Notes under the pieces: model-generated
Databases searched by the model: none
What the model was told of the DNA's origin: nothing
What the model saw: the letters and a program-made list of their open reading frames with translations, nothing else
Assembly (NCBI RefSeq): GCF_001447785.1
Contig: NW_015175976.1
Location: 777,486 to 841,485 of the forward strand
DNA: 64,000 bases
Direction of reading: 5' to 3'
Source of the DNA: Gekko japonicus
Taxonomy: Eukaryota
Shown here: in pieces, positions 26,022 to 40,539 of the stretch
How the letters are laid out: every line of letters starts with the position of its first letter
Numbering within the stretch: the stretch's first letter is position 1
Position numbers and translations under genes: made by a program

Positions 26022-28227
26022 CTTAAGCACAGAGAGACAGCAAGCCTATTAGAGTCATCAACGGGCACAGTTCAGCTCTGCTTCAGGGGGCGCTACAGTA
26101 GGTGAAACCAGTTTAACAATAAGCAGAGAATACAACAATAAGGATTTAATGGGTGGGACAGGATTGAATACAAGACAATGAATAATATAGGGCAGTGCCT
26201 TGAATATCAGTCAGCTGCAAAGCAAGCAGACATGAGGAAATACACCCAAAAATTTAGGATGTAAAACAGGAACAAGGCAGCTGACTGATATTCAAGGCAC
26301 TCTTAAGCAATCGGCCCACTTCCTAGAAGCCAAACCTGGCTGCCAGTCCAGGCAGTGAAAAAGCCAGGGATCCCAAACCACATTTCAGTATCACGAGTAT
26401 CAGAAGCAACATAGCTAGACTGGGGGGTGGGGGGTAAGAATGCTTGTACTGAGCCCTTGCCACTATGGGTCATGAAAGTTAATCTGTCGGCGGAGGGGGA
26501 AGAATCAAGAGCAGCAACCTTCATACTGGAGCAGCGGTGCCCTTTCACTTCAAAAAGACATGCAAAGCCCAGAAACAGCACTTTGGAAATCAAAATCAAG
26601 GAAGAAACATATGGCAGTACTGAGCAGGGGTAGAGATATTTGGCAGGCAAATAAGATTCCCCAAGGCAATGTAAGCTGTTAGCATGTTCACAGCACCCAT
26701 CTGTTCACTGATGTATTTGTCTTGCACCCAAAGGGGGGGGGGAATCCAGAAAGCCTGTAACGGGCAGCAGTCCTGCACAAAAGCTTGTCCATCATTACTA
26801 GGCCAAACCAACCTTCTAACCAAGGAATCCCCCAGTGGGACTTTACGAACACAGCTCGGAAGTCAATATTCTAATACTCCAAGAAAACACAACAGACCAT
26901 GATGTTATACAAATAGCCATGGGTCTCAGCAGATTCCCTTAAAGCCTAGGAGCTGCAACCTCAGACTAGGGAAGCCAATTGCCAGGAGAAAAAGTGTCCT
27001 GTCCCTTTAGTAAAGGCTTGATGGGACAACAGATTAGAAGACCTGGAAAGGACAGGATAAAACCTCCTTCTATCAAAAGGAATTTTCAATTTTTCCATTG
27101 GGAAAAACTGGAGAAACTGAGGGAGCACTAAAAAACTGTTTTTCTTTCCCTTTTTGAAACAAAAGACAAGGTTTTACTCAAAATGTGTAGTATGAAAATA
27201 TGTAAGAAGCTACAGCATTTGATAATACTAATTCTTGCGTATACCATAGACATACCCAACATATTCAAGAATTTTTGTTTAAAAATAATAATTTTGGCAA
27301 CAATTACTATGCTATGTGTTTAATGATAGTACATTAAATAGTGACGTGTTTTCAATGTTAGGGAGTTTAACTTAATATACAAACATGCTGGATATCCTAC
27401 TTATTATGGTTGTATGAGAGTGTTTCTATCCAAATAACTCAATTTATGTTGTTTACTATGTGCAAGTTATATTTTTCCCACCTCTCAGATGGTAAACACT
27501 GAAATACATGTGCTATGATAGCACAACGCAGCAGTTTGCAACTATTTCTCAAGCGCTAGGTATATGTCTTCATATTCTATCTGAAAAGGCACACTTATAC
27601 TTTTAAATTCCATAAATACTCCAAATAGTATAATTTTGTGTTAAATGTACTGATGCATTTTATGTTATTTCAGTAAAAGAGTTTAGGTTTGAGAGGAAAA
27701 TACTGCCTATATTTTAATGTCGCCCCCCCCAATTTCCACTCCCCCCCCAAAAAAAGAGTTTTTCCATTTTTTCAGGAAACAGTACATTTCTAAAAGCAGC
27801 ATTATATACCTATAGTCCATGAAAGGTTTCTGCTGCCCATTACTACACGTTAAGCCTCTATTAAAGGGACAGGACAATTTCCTCCAGGTCTGCTGGCAAC
27901 CCCTACTCTCCACTCAATATCCTGCACTGAGTTGCTACGCAGAGTTGTTGCAAAGATATCATGGGGATGAGCCATGCATGCCACCCTGAGACTCCATTTT
28001 TCACACCTGACCCTCTTAAATTAGTTGTCAAGCTGAACTTTACCATACCAGCCGGCTCCAACACTGGGGTTCATGCCCTGCCTGCTCCTGAATAGCACAT
28101 GATTTATTTATCGAACCAATACCTGGCCCCCAGAGGATCCAAGGCAGGTTACAACAAAAAACACAGGCAAATTCAGCATGCAAACCAGAATTAAATCCCC
28201 TTAAAATCCATTTTTACTTCCTTTTAC

Positions 28228-28265
28228 CTGGTAGATATCACCATTTGTCACGCCATCAACTGCAT
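28228..28265 (-). CDS. CLTA: CLTA exon 2
   Basis: tacag|AT acceptor, CAG|gtaaaa donor, 38 nt. Encodes DAVDGVTNGDIYQ. Confidence 0.93.
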
Positions 28266-29435
28266 CTGTAAGAGAATTATCGAGTTTAGAAAGGAACTGA
28301 AAGATTGAGGTTTTGTTGAGTTGTACATATGCAAGCTTAAATCCTTAATGTAGCCTTTTAAGCACTTGAAGAGGCCAGTGGCTAAGAACATGAGCCAGAA
28401 AGTCCTTCATTTCAAGTTCTCAGTAAGGAGCTCAGGCTACTTGCAACCTGGAGCTAATTGAGAGGGATTACCACAGCAGTGGTTGTAAAGAACTACAAAT
28501 GCACTTAATCATATGTCTACTTCTGAACCTGGCCCCTGCAGAGAATGGGACTAGGTGTAAATGGGAGGGGGATGTCCTTCTGCTAACCACCATGTGTGCC
28601 AGACAGTCAGAGGGGACAGTGGGGCCACCGCCTCATGAGACAGGTAGCCATTGGAAGTGGCACTGCAGGCAGGTGGGCAACCAACAAGGCAACAGGGGCA
28701 AAAAGGACAGGAAACACCCCCCCTTGTATATTCATAAAGCGACAAAGCACCATTCACTATGCTCAGAACATGATATTCTCTATATTATCTAAGTATGGCC
28801 CCAAGCCAACAAATGCCTATGACACTTGGAATTGTATTACTAAACAGTTAGTAATACAATTCTCGACATCATATATATTTCAACAGCAGAACTTAAGTGA
28901 ATAATTCAGTGAATAATTCAGTGACAGTCATCAAAGTAACAGTTGCTTATCCTGAACTAGTATATAGACAGAGCTGGAAAGGAAACAAAACCCAGCTATG
29001 ATAGTTCATTCCATTTCCAGTTTTAAGGATAACATAGGCCAAATACAAGATTTGTCTGCAAGACTTTGTTTTATCTGCCAATAGAAAGCAGAAGCCAGCA
29101 GCAGTCCCAAGAAATGGAAGGTAAAACATCTCACAGTTGCTACCAATGTTCTCCTCTTGCAAAATGCTAACATTCATGCAAAATGCCAACACTTGAAGAC
29201 ACAAGATCTACCAAACCCAATATAGTCCACAAGCCACGCAAGGCAAACACAACTTCAATGAGCCTCTTCTTGTTGCCAGGTGGCAAAAACAGAAGCCTTC
29301 AAGCACCCTGCAGAAAACAATACTTGGAAGCCTGGCCAAAACAGTCGTCATTTAGCAGCTGTTATAAGCCGTAAGATGCACTGCATATCAAGCCAGTTGC
29401 CTGTTGTGGCTATGACAGCCAATGGTCAGGTCTGA

Positions 29436-29730
29436 GAAAGAAGAGGAAGAAGAGGAGGAGGAGGAGGAAGAGGAAGAGACTGGATTTATACCCCACCCTT
29501 CACTCAGAGTCCCAGAGCAGTTTACAAGCTCCTTTCCCTTCCCATTCCCACAACAGACACCCTACCCTGTGAGGTAGGTAGGACTGAGAGAGCTCTTGAC
29601 AGAAACTGCTCTTTTTTCAAGAATAGCTGTGCCAGAACTACGGCTTGCCCAAGATCATCCAGCGGGTGCAAGTGGAGGAGTGGGGAATCAAACCTGATTC
29701 TCTCAGATTAGAGTCCGCGCACTTAGCCAC
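29436..29730 (-). mobile_element. tRNA-derived squamate SINE (Squam-type)
   Basis: Reverse complement of the 33566-33849 family; (GAA/GAG)n tail at the left end. Confidence 0.8.
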
Positions 29731-32167
29731 AGAAGTATGCAGGCTCAGGGGCGGGAGAGAGCTGGAAAGTGTGTAGGGGAGGGAGATCACCTTCTCACTA
29801 TTCGCCTTTCTGAAAATAGCCAGTAGGGAGAATCACAAAACCGTTACGTTTTGTATAAACCCACTGCCCCCACGCGCCTTGGGTCTGTGAGCTGAAACCA
29901 CAGCCACTCCAGGTTCTAAAAAGCTGGCAAGGGGCAGTTTGCCTTAATAACTAAGGTTCCCTCCCCTCTGGGAGGTTTGTCTCTCCAGTCTTGGGTTCGC
30001 TTCCGGGGGAGAGAAAAAAGCACACACAAGCAACTGCTGTCCGCACTTCAGCCTTAGAAAAAATAGCAGGATTTAATAGCGACAAGCTAAAACAGAAAGC
30101 AAAAGAAATACCTTCTGTTGCAACAAAAAAAATATAAGAAGGTGCAGAACTCCTACCCTTTTGACTTTCTAACTGGTGTTCTGATCAAATGAAGTATTCC
30201 AATCAGTTCACAAAGTTCAAATTCAAACTGTGCTGCAAAACAACATTCTGAGAATAAAAGACAGAGGATTCTCCAAAAAAAATAATAATAAGTAGTCAAG
30301 TGCAAGAGAAAATGAGGACTTTCAACTGGAATTGCCGTTTTTCAGCCTGCCCCGCATATTAGGCAACCAGCTAACCAATTAAGGCCAAATGATTAGTTCT
30401 TGTTTGCAGCTGTAACTGCTAGGGAGGATACACCAGGCCTTCATGAAGTTGCTCTCAAGGTTGAAACTGACAGTTTGTAGACATTAGATTAACATTCATT
30501 TAGAAAGCCAAAGCAACTTACAGTTCTGACTTTCAAACATCTAAGGGGACTGCACTTTAATATCAAGTAGTGCTTCCATACAACTGTGTTAAAGCAACAA
30601 CCGGCAACATGAAGCACATGTGTGGTCCTTTTGCTTGGGCCCTCAAGAATGCCAGGTCTGAAAATACAATGGCAACAATTCAATGGCCTGAGGGCAAGGC
30701 AAGCAAGAAAGCATGCTCCTTCCAGCTCCCACATCCAAATCCACACTTCATAAAAAGAAAACGATGACAAGGCAGCCTATTTACTTAAAACATCATTAGC
30801 TGCACTCCTCCACACACATACCCAGCCTTTCCCAGAATTCATGGGGGGGGGGTGGGTGACTTGTTATATTCAACATTATGTGACCTCAAATTGGGGGGGA
30901 GGGGAATATTCCTCCCGTGGCATCCCCAACAGGCCTCTAGGACAACAGAAGAACTGCACAGCTGTACCACTGAAGCTAAACTTAGAAAGCAATTACATAA
31001 GCAGTGAGGTAACAGAATTGGCCGAATTTGGATTTTGCAAGCACTTCCTGTCAAACAAGACAAAACGCAGCATGCAGAGGACAAAGGCAGAACACGTAAA
31101 GGGAAGGTGTGCTCAGAGATGACACCTGCTCCCCCACCAAGCTGTTCTAACCTGGCCTGACAACACAGGGCAGAAAATCCTTTCGTGAGCTGCTTCTAAA
31201 AGATGGAAGGCTTTGCCATCCAGTACACTCCGAGCCTGATGGGTATTTTTTTTTGGGGGGGGGGCATGCAAGTCACGTAGCCCAGTGAGCTTAGCTAGCT
31301 TTACACTTCCATGAGTGAGCTATACTTTGCATATGCATTCCAAGACAGTCGAAAACAGGCACTTTTGCCACTTGGGGACTGTATTCCCGTAGAAAAGCTA
31401 GACTGCCGCTTGTGCTCTTTCACCCCATGGGCTTCAGGATCAACTGGGACAACAGGGAGCCAAAGCTGTCTAGTGGCTAGAGCACCAGACTAGGAGGATC
31501 TGGCAGACCAAGTTCAGATCCCTACCCACTGGGCAACTCTGGGCAAGTTGTACTGCCTCAACCTAACTTACCTCACAGGATTGCTGGAAGGATAAAAGGT
31601 GAGTTCATCCTTCCCCCTGACACCCTCGGAGGAAGGATGGGATAAACATAGTACCACGCTGGAGGAGTTATTTCACCAAACTATGAACGTGAAGCAGCAA
31701 AATACCACCACCTGCCACCGGGTATGGTTTGTGTGTGAGAAAACTGCTGGGGCTGCCATTCCAAGTGCTTTCATTGTTTTTTTTAGAAACCATTCCCCAC
31801 AACTGCAGTGCAGCTGCAGGAAACACAAGCCTCACTCTGTACATTTTGGCCCCTCGTTCAAAACCCTGGCAGCCAGAAGGAGCAATCCTAAGCAGGTCTA
31901 CTCAGAAGTACCATGTTATTCCATGGGACTTACTCCCAGCAAAAGTGTCCTTAGGACTGCAACTAGACTCATTTGTCAGCCTTTGGGTTTTGTACTTTAT
32001 AACCATATTTTATCATTATTGCTACCATCAAGCTTAACTCTTTCCTCTTTTACACAGTTTTTTGCCATTTTAGTAATGCTATGAAAAACATGTATAAATA
32101 CAGGGGTAACCTTGCTGATCACAAACATAACAAAAATCTGACCTCTAGCCCTCATCTAATTTCACCG

Positions 32168-32311
32168 CCCTCCCATTTATCATCATTTCATTGCTGCTTT
32201 TTTTTAAAAGAATACATTCTAATTGAATACTGGAGGCAGCCCCCTCCCATTTATCATAATTTCATTACTGCTTTTTAAAAAAATACATTCTAATTGAATA
32301 CTGGAGGCAGC
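32168..32311. repeat. ~72-bp tandem duplication
   Basis: ccctcccatttatcat..aatacattctaattgaatactggaggcagc repeated twice with few differences. Confidence 0.9.
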
Positions 32312-33565
32312 ACACAATGAAACTAGTTAAAAATAAATTTATCTACTACCATTGAATGTTGTATACTGAAGCTTAGATATAAATGAGCAGCAATGAGAAC
32401 ACTGTGCACATTTATTTGAGTGGCATACATCATACTATATTCTGATGCAGAAGGATAAATGAGTTCTGTACTATTACCAAGAGACACGACAATAAAACAT
32501 TAGAGTTGTCAAGATGAAATTTCTAGGTACTATGGTGACCTGGCACCTGGGATATTCCAACCCCTGTGCACTACAGAGCACAACCTCCACAACAGTCACA
32601 GCACAGGCCCCAGTCCAGATGCCATCACTTCCTGGTACAACCTCCCTAATATACTCTCTTCTTCTCTCGGCCCCTGGGCTTACTTCAGGAAGCTATTCCC
32701 ATCTACCATAAGTAGCAGAAGAGCGCCAGAGTCTACCTCTTCCTCCATTCCTGAAATGATATCCTACCCAGAATCTATCCAAGTTTATTGTTGCTTAACT
32801 ACCAAAATCAGGCATATTGCAGCTGCAGCAAGCTCATCCTAACAGCCGGATACTAGAGGACTGCTGAGAAGCCAGCCAACCTTCTGCCAGCCTCCAGTTC
32901 AGTGCACTGATTAAAGAGGAGACCAAGCTGCGACCTGTTACTGGGAAAACACTGAGACAATATTTAGTGTGCTCCTCCTTCCCTACCACTTGTGGCAGTG
33001 ATAAGTCTTAGTGTCGGATGTCATGGCTGTGCCAGAGGAAGGAGCTCTACCCCCACCCTCAACAACACCCAGCCCACACCCTTGCTTAAGTTTAGAAGAC
33101 CCTTGATGGCAAGGTGCCACCCAGCCTTAACAGTGGTACTAAGGATAGGAAGCTGAAGCACCCATGAATCAGATGGCAAAAACCAGGCCATCAAGGGACT
33201 CTCCTCATGGCCATGCGAGAGACATGAAGGTGCAGATGCACAAACTCTTTCTGCTCACACAAGTGTAGAACCCCATCTTTCACATTATCATAACCTGACC
33301 TGACCCATTTCCACACAGCTGTTGTCAAAATGTAATCAACTAGCTATGCTTTAGAGCCAGGACCATCACAGTACAGAAGCTAGCATTCATATCCCAACCT
33401 GCTGGTCAGTCTCCGCTGCGATACGATCTTAGCCTAATCTGACAGGATAGATGAACTAAACGCTGCTTCACACTCCCTGGTAAGGAGGGAAAGGCAAGAT
33501 ATAATCAAAAATCTCCTCAAGAGGCGACCCTGAACATGCTTGACAAATAAGAGGGAAGGAACCTG

Positions 33566-33849
33566 GAGAGCCAGTTTGGTGTAGTGGTTAAGTGCGTGGA
33601 CTCTAATCTGGGAGAACCCGGTTTGATTCCCCACTCCTCCACTTGCACCTGCTGATGTGACCTTGGGTCAGTCACAAGCTCTGGCACAGCTGTCCTTGAA
33701 AAAGAGCAGTTTGTGTCAGAGTTCTCTCAGCCCCACCCACCTCACAGGGTGTCGGTTGTGGGGAGAGGAAGGGAAAAGGAGTTTGTAAGCCGCTCTGAGA
33801 CTCCAAGTGAAGGGCGGGGTATAAATCCAATCTCTTCTCTTCTTCTTCT
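33566..33849 (+). mobile_element. tRNA-derived squamate SINE (Squam-type), full length
   Basis: A box tggtgtagtggtta, B box ggtttgattccc, (TTC)n tail. Other copies at 62817-63066 (+) and ~60735-60885 (-). Confidence 0.85.
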
Positions 33850-33900
33850 ATTGTGCAGTACAACCAAGATCACACTGGTCAAATAATCCAGCACAGTGGG

Positions 33901-33943
<43 letters not shown>
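33901..33943. repeat. (AT)n(AC)n compound microsatellite
   Basis: Directly visible. Confidence 0.95.
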
Positions 33944-33944
<1 letters not shown>

Positions 33945-36900
33945 TTTAATAACTGACATTTGACATGCTTCAGACAATAGTCGTGGGGACAGGGTGTTCT
34001 GTAAAGATCGAAGAAGGGATCAGTGCTAAAAAACTAGATTTAGAAATCAGAGACAGTTGGAGCACATACCTACATGGGGCTGCCATGCACCTGAAGTCAT
34101 GTGACACATGTGCTCCACATGGAGGACAAAACCACATCATTTCCCTCTCCACACCCTGTATGGAAGAGAATTGTGTAGAATGCACAGGCCTCCACAGAGA
34201 GCCTCATACATTATTTTAGATCAGGGCAGGCAGGTGTTCTCCATGTGTCTGACCCATAAAGGAAACTTATAGCAGCTACAGGGAAAAAACCAGGATCTGT
34301 ATCTCAGAGTTCTAAGTGCAGGACAAAAAACTGAATGTGAATAATAAATATGCTCCAGTTTAGATGGGTTTCAGGCTCCAGCATCACCCAGTTTTAAGAT
34401 ATTGTCAAGACCTATACTTATTTCTCCCTACAACCTTTTCAGCAAAGCACTGCCACATTGTTTTTCACATCAGTAACTTAGCTAAACTGCTGAGACTGAG
34501 TCATCCACATTCTTGCAGTATACTCTTGGGCATCTTTGCAGAGACTCCCACTTCCAACCAACCAGTCATTTTACTATGTAATTTCACTCACAGTGTTATT
34601 GAGTCCCAAGGAGGCAGTTAAGGAACCACAATTACCACCCAAACACAACAGAATAAAGAGAATTTGGCAAACAAGCTACACGTTTCAAGACTATCCCTAA
34701 ACTGAATAAGATAGTTCAGAAGGTTGGAGTTATAAAAAGTAAATCCAGAAATCCCCAGCTGCTCTCCCTGCTTAAGGGCTTACAATTAAAAAGGGTGCAA
34801 AAAAACCCAGCTAGCAAAATTAACTAGCTGGATGTAGGAAAAGCATTAGGCAACATATTGGACAGCTCTACATAAATTAGATGAATCACAGTCCCAACAC
34901 TTCTGTTACCATCTTGAACATTTATCTGTTAAATCTGAGGTGAGGAGAGGCTGTCGTCCCTTTTTTTTTAATATGGAAGAATATAAATCCTTTGCATATC
35001 AATGTATAAAAGCAGACTGCAAAGAAACCTTTAGCAAGCAAGCAATTTTTGCAAAGTCAGAGCAAGAAAACCATCTTCATTTAATAAAACAGACATTATA
35101 CTCAAAGTGACATAACACTGTAATAAAGAGAGGTAGAAGGCTCCAATGGTGAGTAAGAATTGGCTCCAGGTGATCAAGCAGAGCTTTAGGAAATTAGCTT
35201 CCCCTCACTTCAGCAGCAAATGATCAACACAAGCAGGAGGGCACATGTTTTGGCAGGACATGGGAACCAGACAAACTCTATGGTTGGTGAGGTCCATCCC
35301 TATGAGAAGGGATTTCCAAGCCAAAACCACAGACTGTGAGAAGAAGCCTGCAAGTTTGCTAGCTTCGGGGAACTCTTTCTATACCTGCCTGACCGGTAAA
35401 GACTGCCTGCAGTTGAGGATCCTGGGGCGTGTTCTAAGGGCCACATGTGGTTCATGTTAAGCAGTGCCAAGGCCTCTGGAGTCACTTGATTGCCTCACAT
35501 CAAGTGAAAATATAATTTAAAACACAGTACAATATTCCCTGCAGCTCAGTTTCAGGGCAAGAACTATAATTGTGACCAAGACAAGGTTGAATCCATCTCA
35601 CTGAGGAACCCACAGTTTGGAAACAACTCAACTAGTGACAATGTGAAGAAGGAGGGTTTATGAAACAAAAACACTATATGTGAGGCTATAACATAGCTGA
35701 ACTGGACTACTACATGAATACAAACTCCTATGTGCACTCTTGCTGAACATCAGTACTCCATAGTGTACCCTTCCCAGAATTTTAAGGTCTCCTGGTAGTT
35801 TAACACCTGATTTCAGAAGAAGACAGTGCTCAAACAAAGCTCTCAGGAGCACCCCAACTGTAGGATACCTTCTCCTAAGGAGAACTGTCGGATCCTCCGT
35901 AACTCTCATTTAAACATCAGTCTTCTAGTAATTGGGAATGCCATCTTGTTTTCTTGTTTTGCATTTATATCACCTTCCCTGTTTGAAGGAGGAATATTTA
36001 CACATCAAAAACAAATCAAACCATTCAGCAGAACTCTTTACTGTTCTAGTTTGCACAGATGAATTTTAACATTTCTTATCCATCTCATAAACACAAGATC
36101 CATCCCATAAAGACAGGAGCTGAGAAATACCTGATTGCAGATCTAACTGGTCAGAGACAGCTCTGACCCAAAGAACTGTGTTGCCAATACAGTATTTCCT
36201 TTCAGGAATGGGCCTCACTGTTCCTAGTTTCCCAAAATTATATCTGAAAGCCACTTTTCCTGAATAAACAGGCTGAATTCACCTGTTTTTTTAGGGGGGG
36301 GGGGGGCTGAGGAATAAGGGCACAGTGGGGAGCCTCTAAATATGCCAGAATGAAAGATTCATTCATTCTGCTAATGAGCTGATACCTATATGTCAGTTAT
36401 TTCAGACATCAATAAGCTACACTTCACCAGGATTTAAGCATATCCCGGTTTCACACATGTAGAATCCCCAAAGAACCCAAAAACTCATTTCTACTTGAAT
36501 AGATTTTTCAACCACTACAGACAGGAAAAAAAATAAGAGGGTGGCATTATGTGCTTCTCTGCAAAGACTGTATTTAACATCTATGGAACACTGGAGCCAC
36601 ATTTGAAAAACCAAATTACAGGATTGCTAGTCTGGATAGTTTATGCAAATCTGTATGGGTGGCAACTATTTATACCTGGAGGCAAGCCCCATCCTTCAAC
36701 AGGACTTGCTCCCTAGTAAGCATGCTCAGGATTGCAGCTTCGGAATTACTTCATTTCTAATTATAATTTTAGTCGCTTTAAACCTGATGAAGGTGAACTT
36801 GAGACATGTAGCCCATCTTACATGTTTATATAGAAAAAAGTCCTTTGTTCCAAGCATTCCAGACAAGGCTGCTCCATTTACTTAATATTTGATATAAGCA

Positions 36901-37891
36901 TAAATGTGCTTTAGAGCAAACAGGAAGCACCAGTGCCTCATGCTTCCTGTTCTGGCAAGACAGTCTTCTGCAGAATAGATTTTTCACTTCTCCCAGCACT
37001 CATCATCACTTACAATACAAAGCCATCCCAAGTGCTCATGGGAGAAGGCTCATAAGACTCCAGTTGTCACTCACTCAGAAGAGGCACACGGTGTGCAAGT
37101 GGAACTCTAAGCGTTCAAAAGCACAGGCTGGTGCTGTGTTGTGTCAACAGTCCCCCAAACAGTATAAATAGAATTAACACCAAGAATATTTTTATAACAG
37201 AAAGGTGGGCATGTGTTTACTGAAGAACTCGTAGCCTGAATGAAGGTCCAGAATGTTAAGAACCACATCACTAACCCAGTTCAATTGACAGACCCAGTGA
37301 ATTCCAATCTGCTTTGCATTCACATGGACACATCAGACCATTGGCCCACCAAGGTCAGTATTGTCTACTCAGACTGGCAGCAGCTCTCCAAGGAGTCAGG
37401 CTGGCAGCTGCTCTTTCACATGAGCTTGATCCTTTTAACTGGAGATGCTGGGGACTGAACCCAAGGCATTTGCATGCAAAGCAGACGCTCTGCCACTTAG
37501 GCACAGTCCCTCCCCCTGAATCGCCAAATTACAACCATCAGCATGTACAGAAGCATTCTAAGTGCTTACGGGAGAAGCCTCTCCCCTCTAGAAGCAAGCT
37601 GACCTCCTTTTCTACCAGCCAGCAAGGGGGCATGGAGTCCCAAGCAACTGCAGACCATTCCCACAACTAAACTATCAACAATCAGACTGTAGGCAGTGTT
37701 TTAAGCAAAGGGGCCAGTTTAGTCACTCTGATGCAAATCCAACACATGGTCCAACTGCAGAGCCACATGGGCAATCCTAGCCATGCTGCACCACAGTACA
37801 TCAGATATGGAATCACTTCTGCCTGAAGCACAACTCAGTCTCGATTTGCTCAAATCACACTCTCACTGTGTCAGTTTGGATGTGTTACCAC

Positions 37892-38074
37892 CAGTGTTCC
37901 CTCTAAGCACTGCGTGTGAGTGGCTGTTCATTAACGCAGGAAGCCCTGCTCAGCAGCAACCTGGAGCCACACAGAGTCTTGCACTGCCCATTGCCCACTT
38001 TGAACTGCGCTGTTTTTTTCTCCCCGGAAGTGGACTTGCCCACCGGGGGGGGGGGGGGATTAGAGGAAACATTG
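37892..38074. mobile_element. hAT-type MITE, same TIR class as 12189/24964 but different interior
   Basis: TIR cagtgttccctctaa / ttagaggaaacattg; TSD gttaccac/gttaccag. Confidence 0.75.
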
Positions 38075-38456
38075 GTTACCAGACTTACGTCTTGTGTGAC
38101 CAAAGCAAGTCAACAGGAAACCACAAGACACTGTTCTAAATCCACTGATTTCAACAGTCTTAGAAGGATGTAATTCTGCCTAGGATCACGTTTCTTTCTA
38201 AAAACACCCCGGATTACAATAAGATGACACTGAAGAACCAGTCTGAACACCTACAGATACCAAGAGTGTCTTGCCTTTTCCAAAGTCTAAATGAGATTAT
38301 TTTTAGGCAAGGTGTGTGTCTATGCGTGAACTGCAATTTAACAGCAGCACTATGTAGTGTTGCAAGAAACTAGAGCCTGGACTCAAACAGCCCCTCTGAT
38401 CTCACCTCTCAACTGTTAACTCAGCCTCATCCCTCCTTCTCATAGTATTGTACAAG

Positions 38457-38785
38457 GGCCCCAGTCACACGGGCCGGATATTGCAGGGGGGAGGCATGGC
38501 TAATTGCCCCGGCGCAGTTTGATCCGCGATTACGCGATCAGATGCATTGGGGGCACACCACCGGTCCTTCCCTCGACGCCGGCGGGTAAACGAGGGACTG
38601 GAGGAGAATGCCGTGCACTGGCGCTATCACACCATGGGCGTCTGGAGGCAGCCCGTGGCAAACATTTACTAGAACCTTGGAGGTACTAGTTTTTTAACAC
38701 GCACTGTCGGCTGTGTGATCGCACCCAGATAATCCGCCCACCATCCGTGCCTCTCCCGTGGCAACTTTGCCGTGTGACTGGGGCC
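38457..38785. mobile_element. PIF/Harbinger-like MITE, copy 1
   Basis: Perfect 16-bp TIR ggccccagtcacacgg/ccgtgtgactggggcc; related copy at 39772-40127. Confidence 0.75.
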
Positions 38786-39771
38786 TAGGTTAGGTTTCCA
38801 TCAGCTGCAAGAAGTTAATTCCCACTGGAGGAATCCTTTCCCTTAAATGGATACAAGCATTCAGGCAAATTAGTGAAATGGGGGGGGGGAGTCAGGGATC
38901 ATGAGGATAAACAAGTAAATACAAGGTAAAGAAAGGGTGGCATGCGCTCACAAGGCAATCCTCCTTCCTTCCCCCACTCTCCATACCACATCTGTCTATG
39001 TAATCCCCACTATTCTTCATCCTCCCAATGGTTTATTTCAGGGCAAGCCTTCCCATTAGGCAGGATTAGGCTGCCTACTTTAGGCAGCAGGTTTTAGGGG
39101 GTCCTTAACGAGGAAACAAATTATCAGCTGGACAGACTTCAGATCAGGGAAGACACTCTACACACAGCAAACTGAGATAGTATAATGGACTGTGCCATTT
39201 CAGACTGCAGTTTGAGGGTCCACTTTCTTCACCTACACAGCACTCAAAGAGCTAGATAAGAACCCTCACATGGGCATGTAGAACTTCCTTATAACCAAGT
39301 CAGCCCAATGTCTAGAAAGGTCAGTACCATCTTTAACAGGCATTGTTTCTCCAGGTCTCAGGTAGAGGGTTATCATCTAGTAACTGTTCCTCTATAGTGG
39401 AAATGCTGGAGATTGAACCTGAGACTTCTGCATGTAAAGCAGAAGCTCTGCCCCGACCCTTATGGCATTCTAATTTGGGGGGGGGGGGCTGGGGCAGGGT
39501 AGCAGAGCATCTGCCTGGCATGTAGAAGTTCCCATGTTCAATAATTTCCTGGCATTCCAGTTACAAGAATGAAGTAGCAGGTGATAAGAAAGACCTCTAC
39601 TTAGCACCCGGAGTGCAGTGCCAGTCTGAGTGGACAATACCGACCTTGATGAGATGATCTGATTTGGTATAAAACAATTTCTTGAAATCAGAATTTTTAC
39701 ACGAGGGAGCACTAAAAATGAGAATGTTGCAGGCAACGGCAAACCACCTCTTGCCTTGAAAACCCTACAGG

Positions 39772-40127
39772 GACCCCGATCACATGGGCTGGATACTGCA
39801 GGGGGAAGCGTGGCAAATTGCCCTGGCGCAGTTTGATCTGCGATTATATGATCTGATGTGCCAGTGGCACACCACAGGTCCTTCCCTCAGCACCGGCGTG
39901 TAGATAAGGGGCAGGAGGGGAAAGCCGCGCGCTAGCACGATCACAGCGCGGGCATCCAGAGGCAGCCCGTGGCAAACCGTTTGCCAGTACTTTGGAGGTA
40001 CTACTTTTTTTATTGTGCATTTTTGGCGGTAAGCCACGGGTGCGCTCCACTTCCCAGATGTTGGGGTGTGATCGCGCACGGATAATCCACCCACCACCCG
40101 TGGCAAATTTGCTGTGTGAACGGGGCC
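39772..40127. mobile_element. PIF/Harbinger-like MITE, copy 2, inserted in a Sauria-type SINE tail
   Basis: Colinear with 38457-38785; flanked by agg/agg; interrupts gccttgaaaaccctac...gggtcaccctaagtcagctgtgacttgatggc. Confidence 0.72.
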
Positions 40128-40539
40128 AGGGTCACCCTAAGTCAGCTGTGACTTGATGGCCCTTTCCACCACCACCATTACAGGATGAAGCACTACAGCC
40201 CATTCTACCACCTCAGAGTCCTATGTGCTTATACTCTTGCATTCAGTCCTGATTTGCAACGAGAAGAGAATAAGGTGGTAAATTGTAAAAGGGACAGACT
40301 GGCCTCTACCACTTTACGCTGCATGTCCTAAAGCCCCCCCCCCCAATAATTCCTTGCAAGAGGAAAACTAGCACAGAATACTACAAAGTACAAACTAAGC
40401 TTACAATCCCTCTCGCATAGGTACTATTTTTCAACCTTTTTAGATGGGGGAGCGTGAAAAAGGTGCCCCCCTCCCACCCGCAGTCAGAAGCAGCAAAGCC
40501 CATTCTGCCCTCCCCCAGTTCCCAGAATTGTTGCAAAGA

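Noticed and set aside
33566-33640. Possible tRNA gene (A and B boxes)
   Set aside because: No complete cloverleaf; it is the head of a multi-copy SINE.
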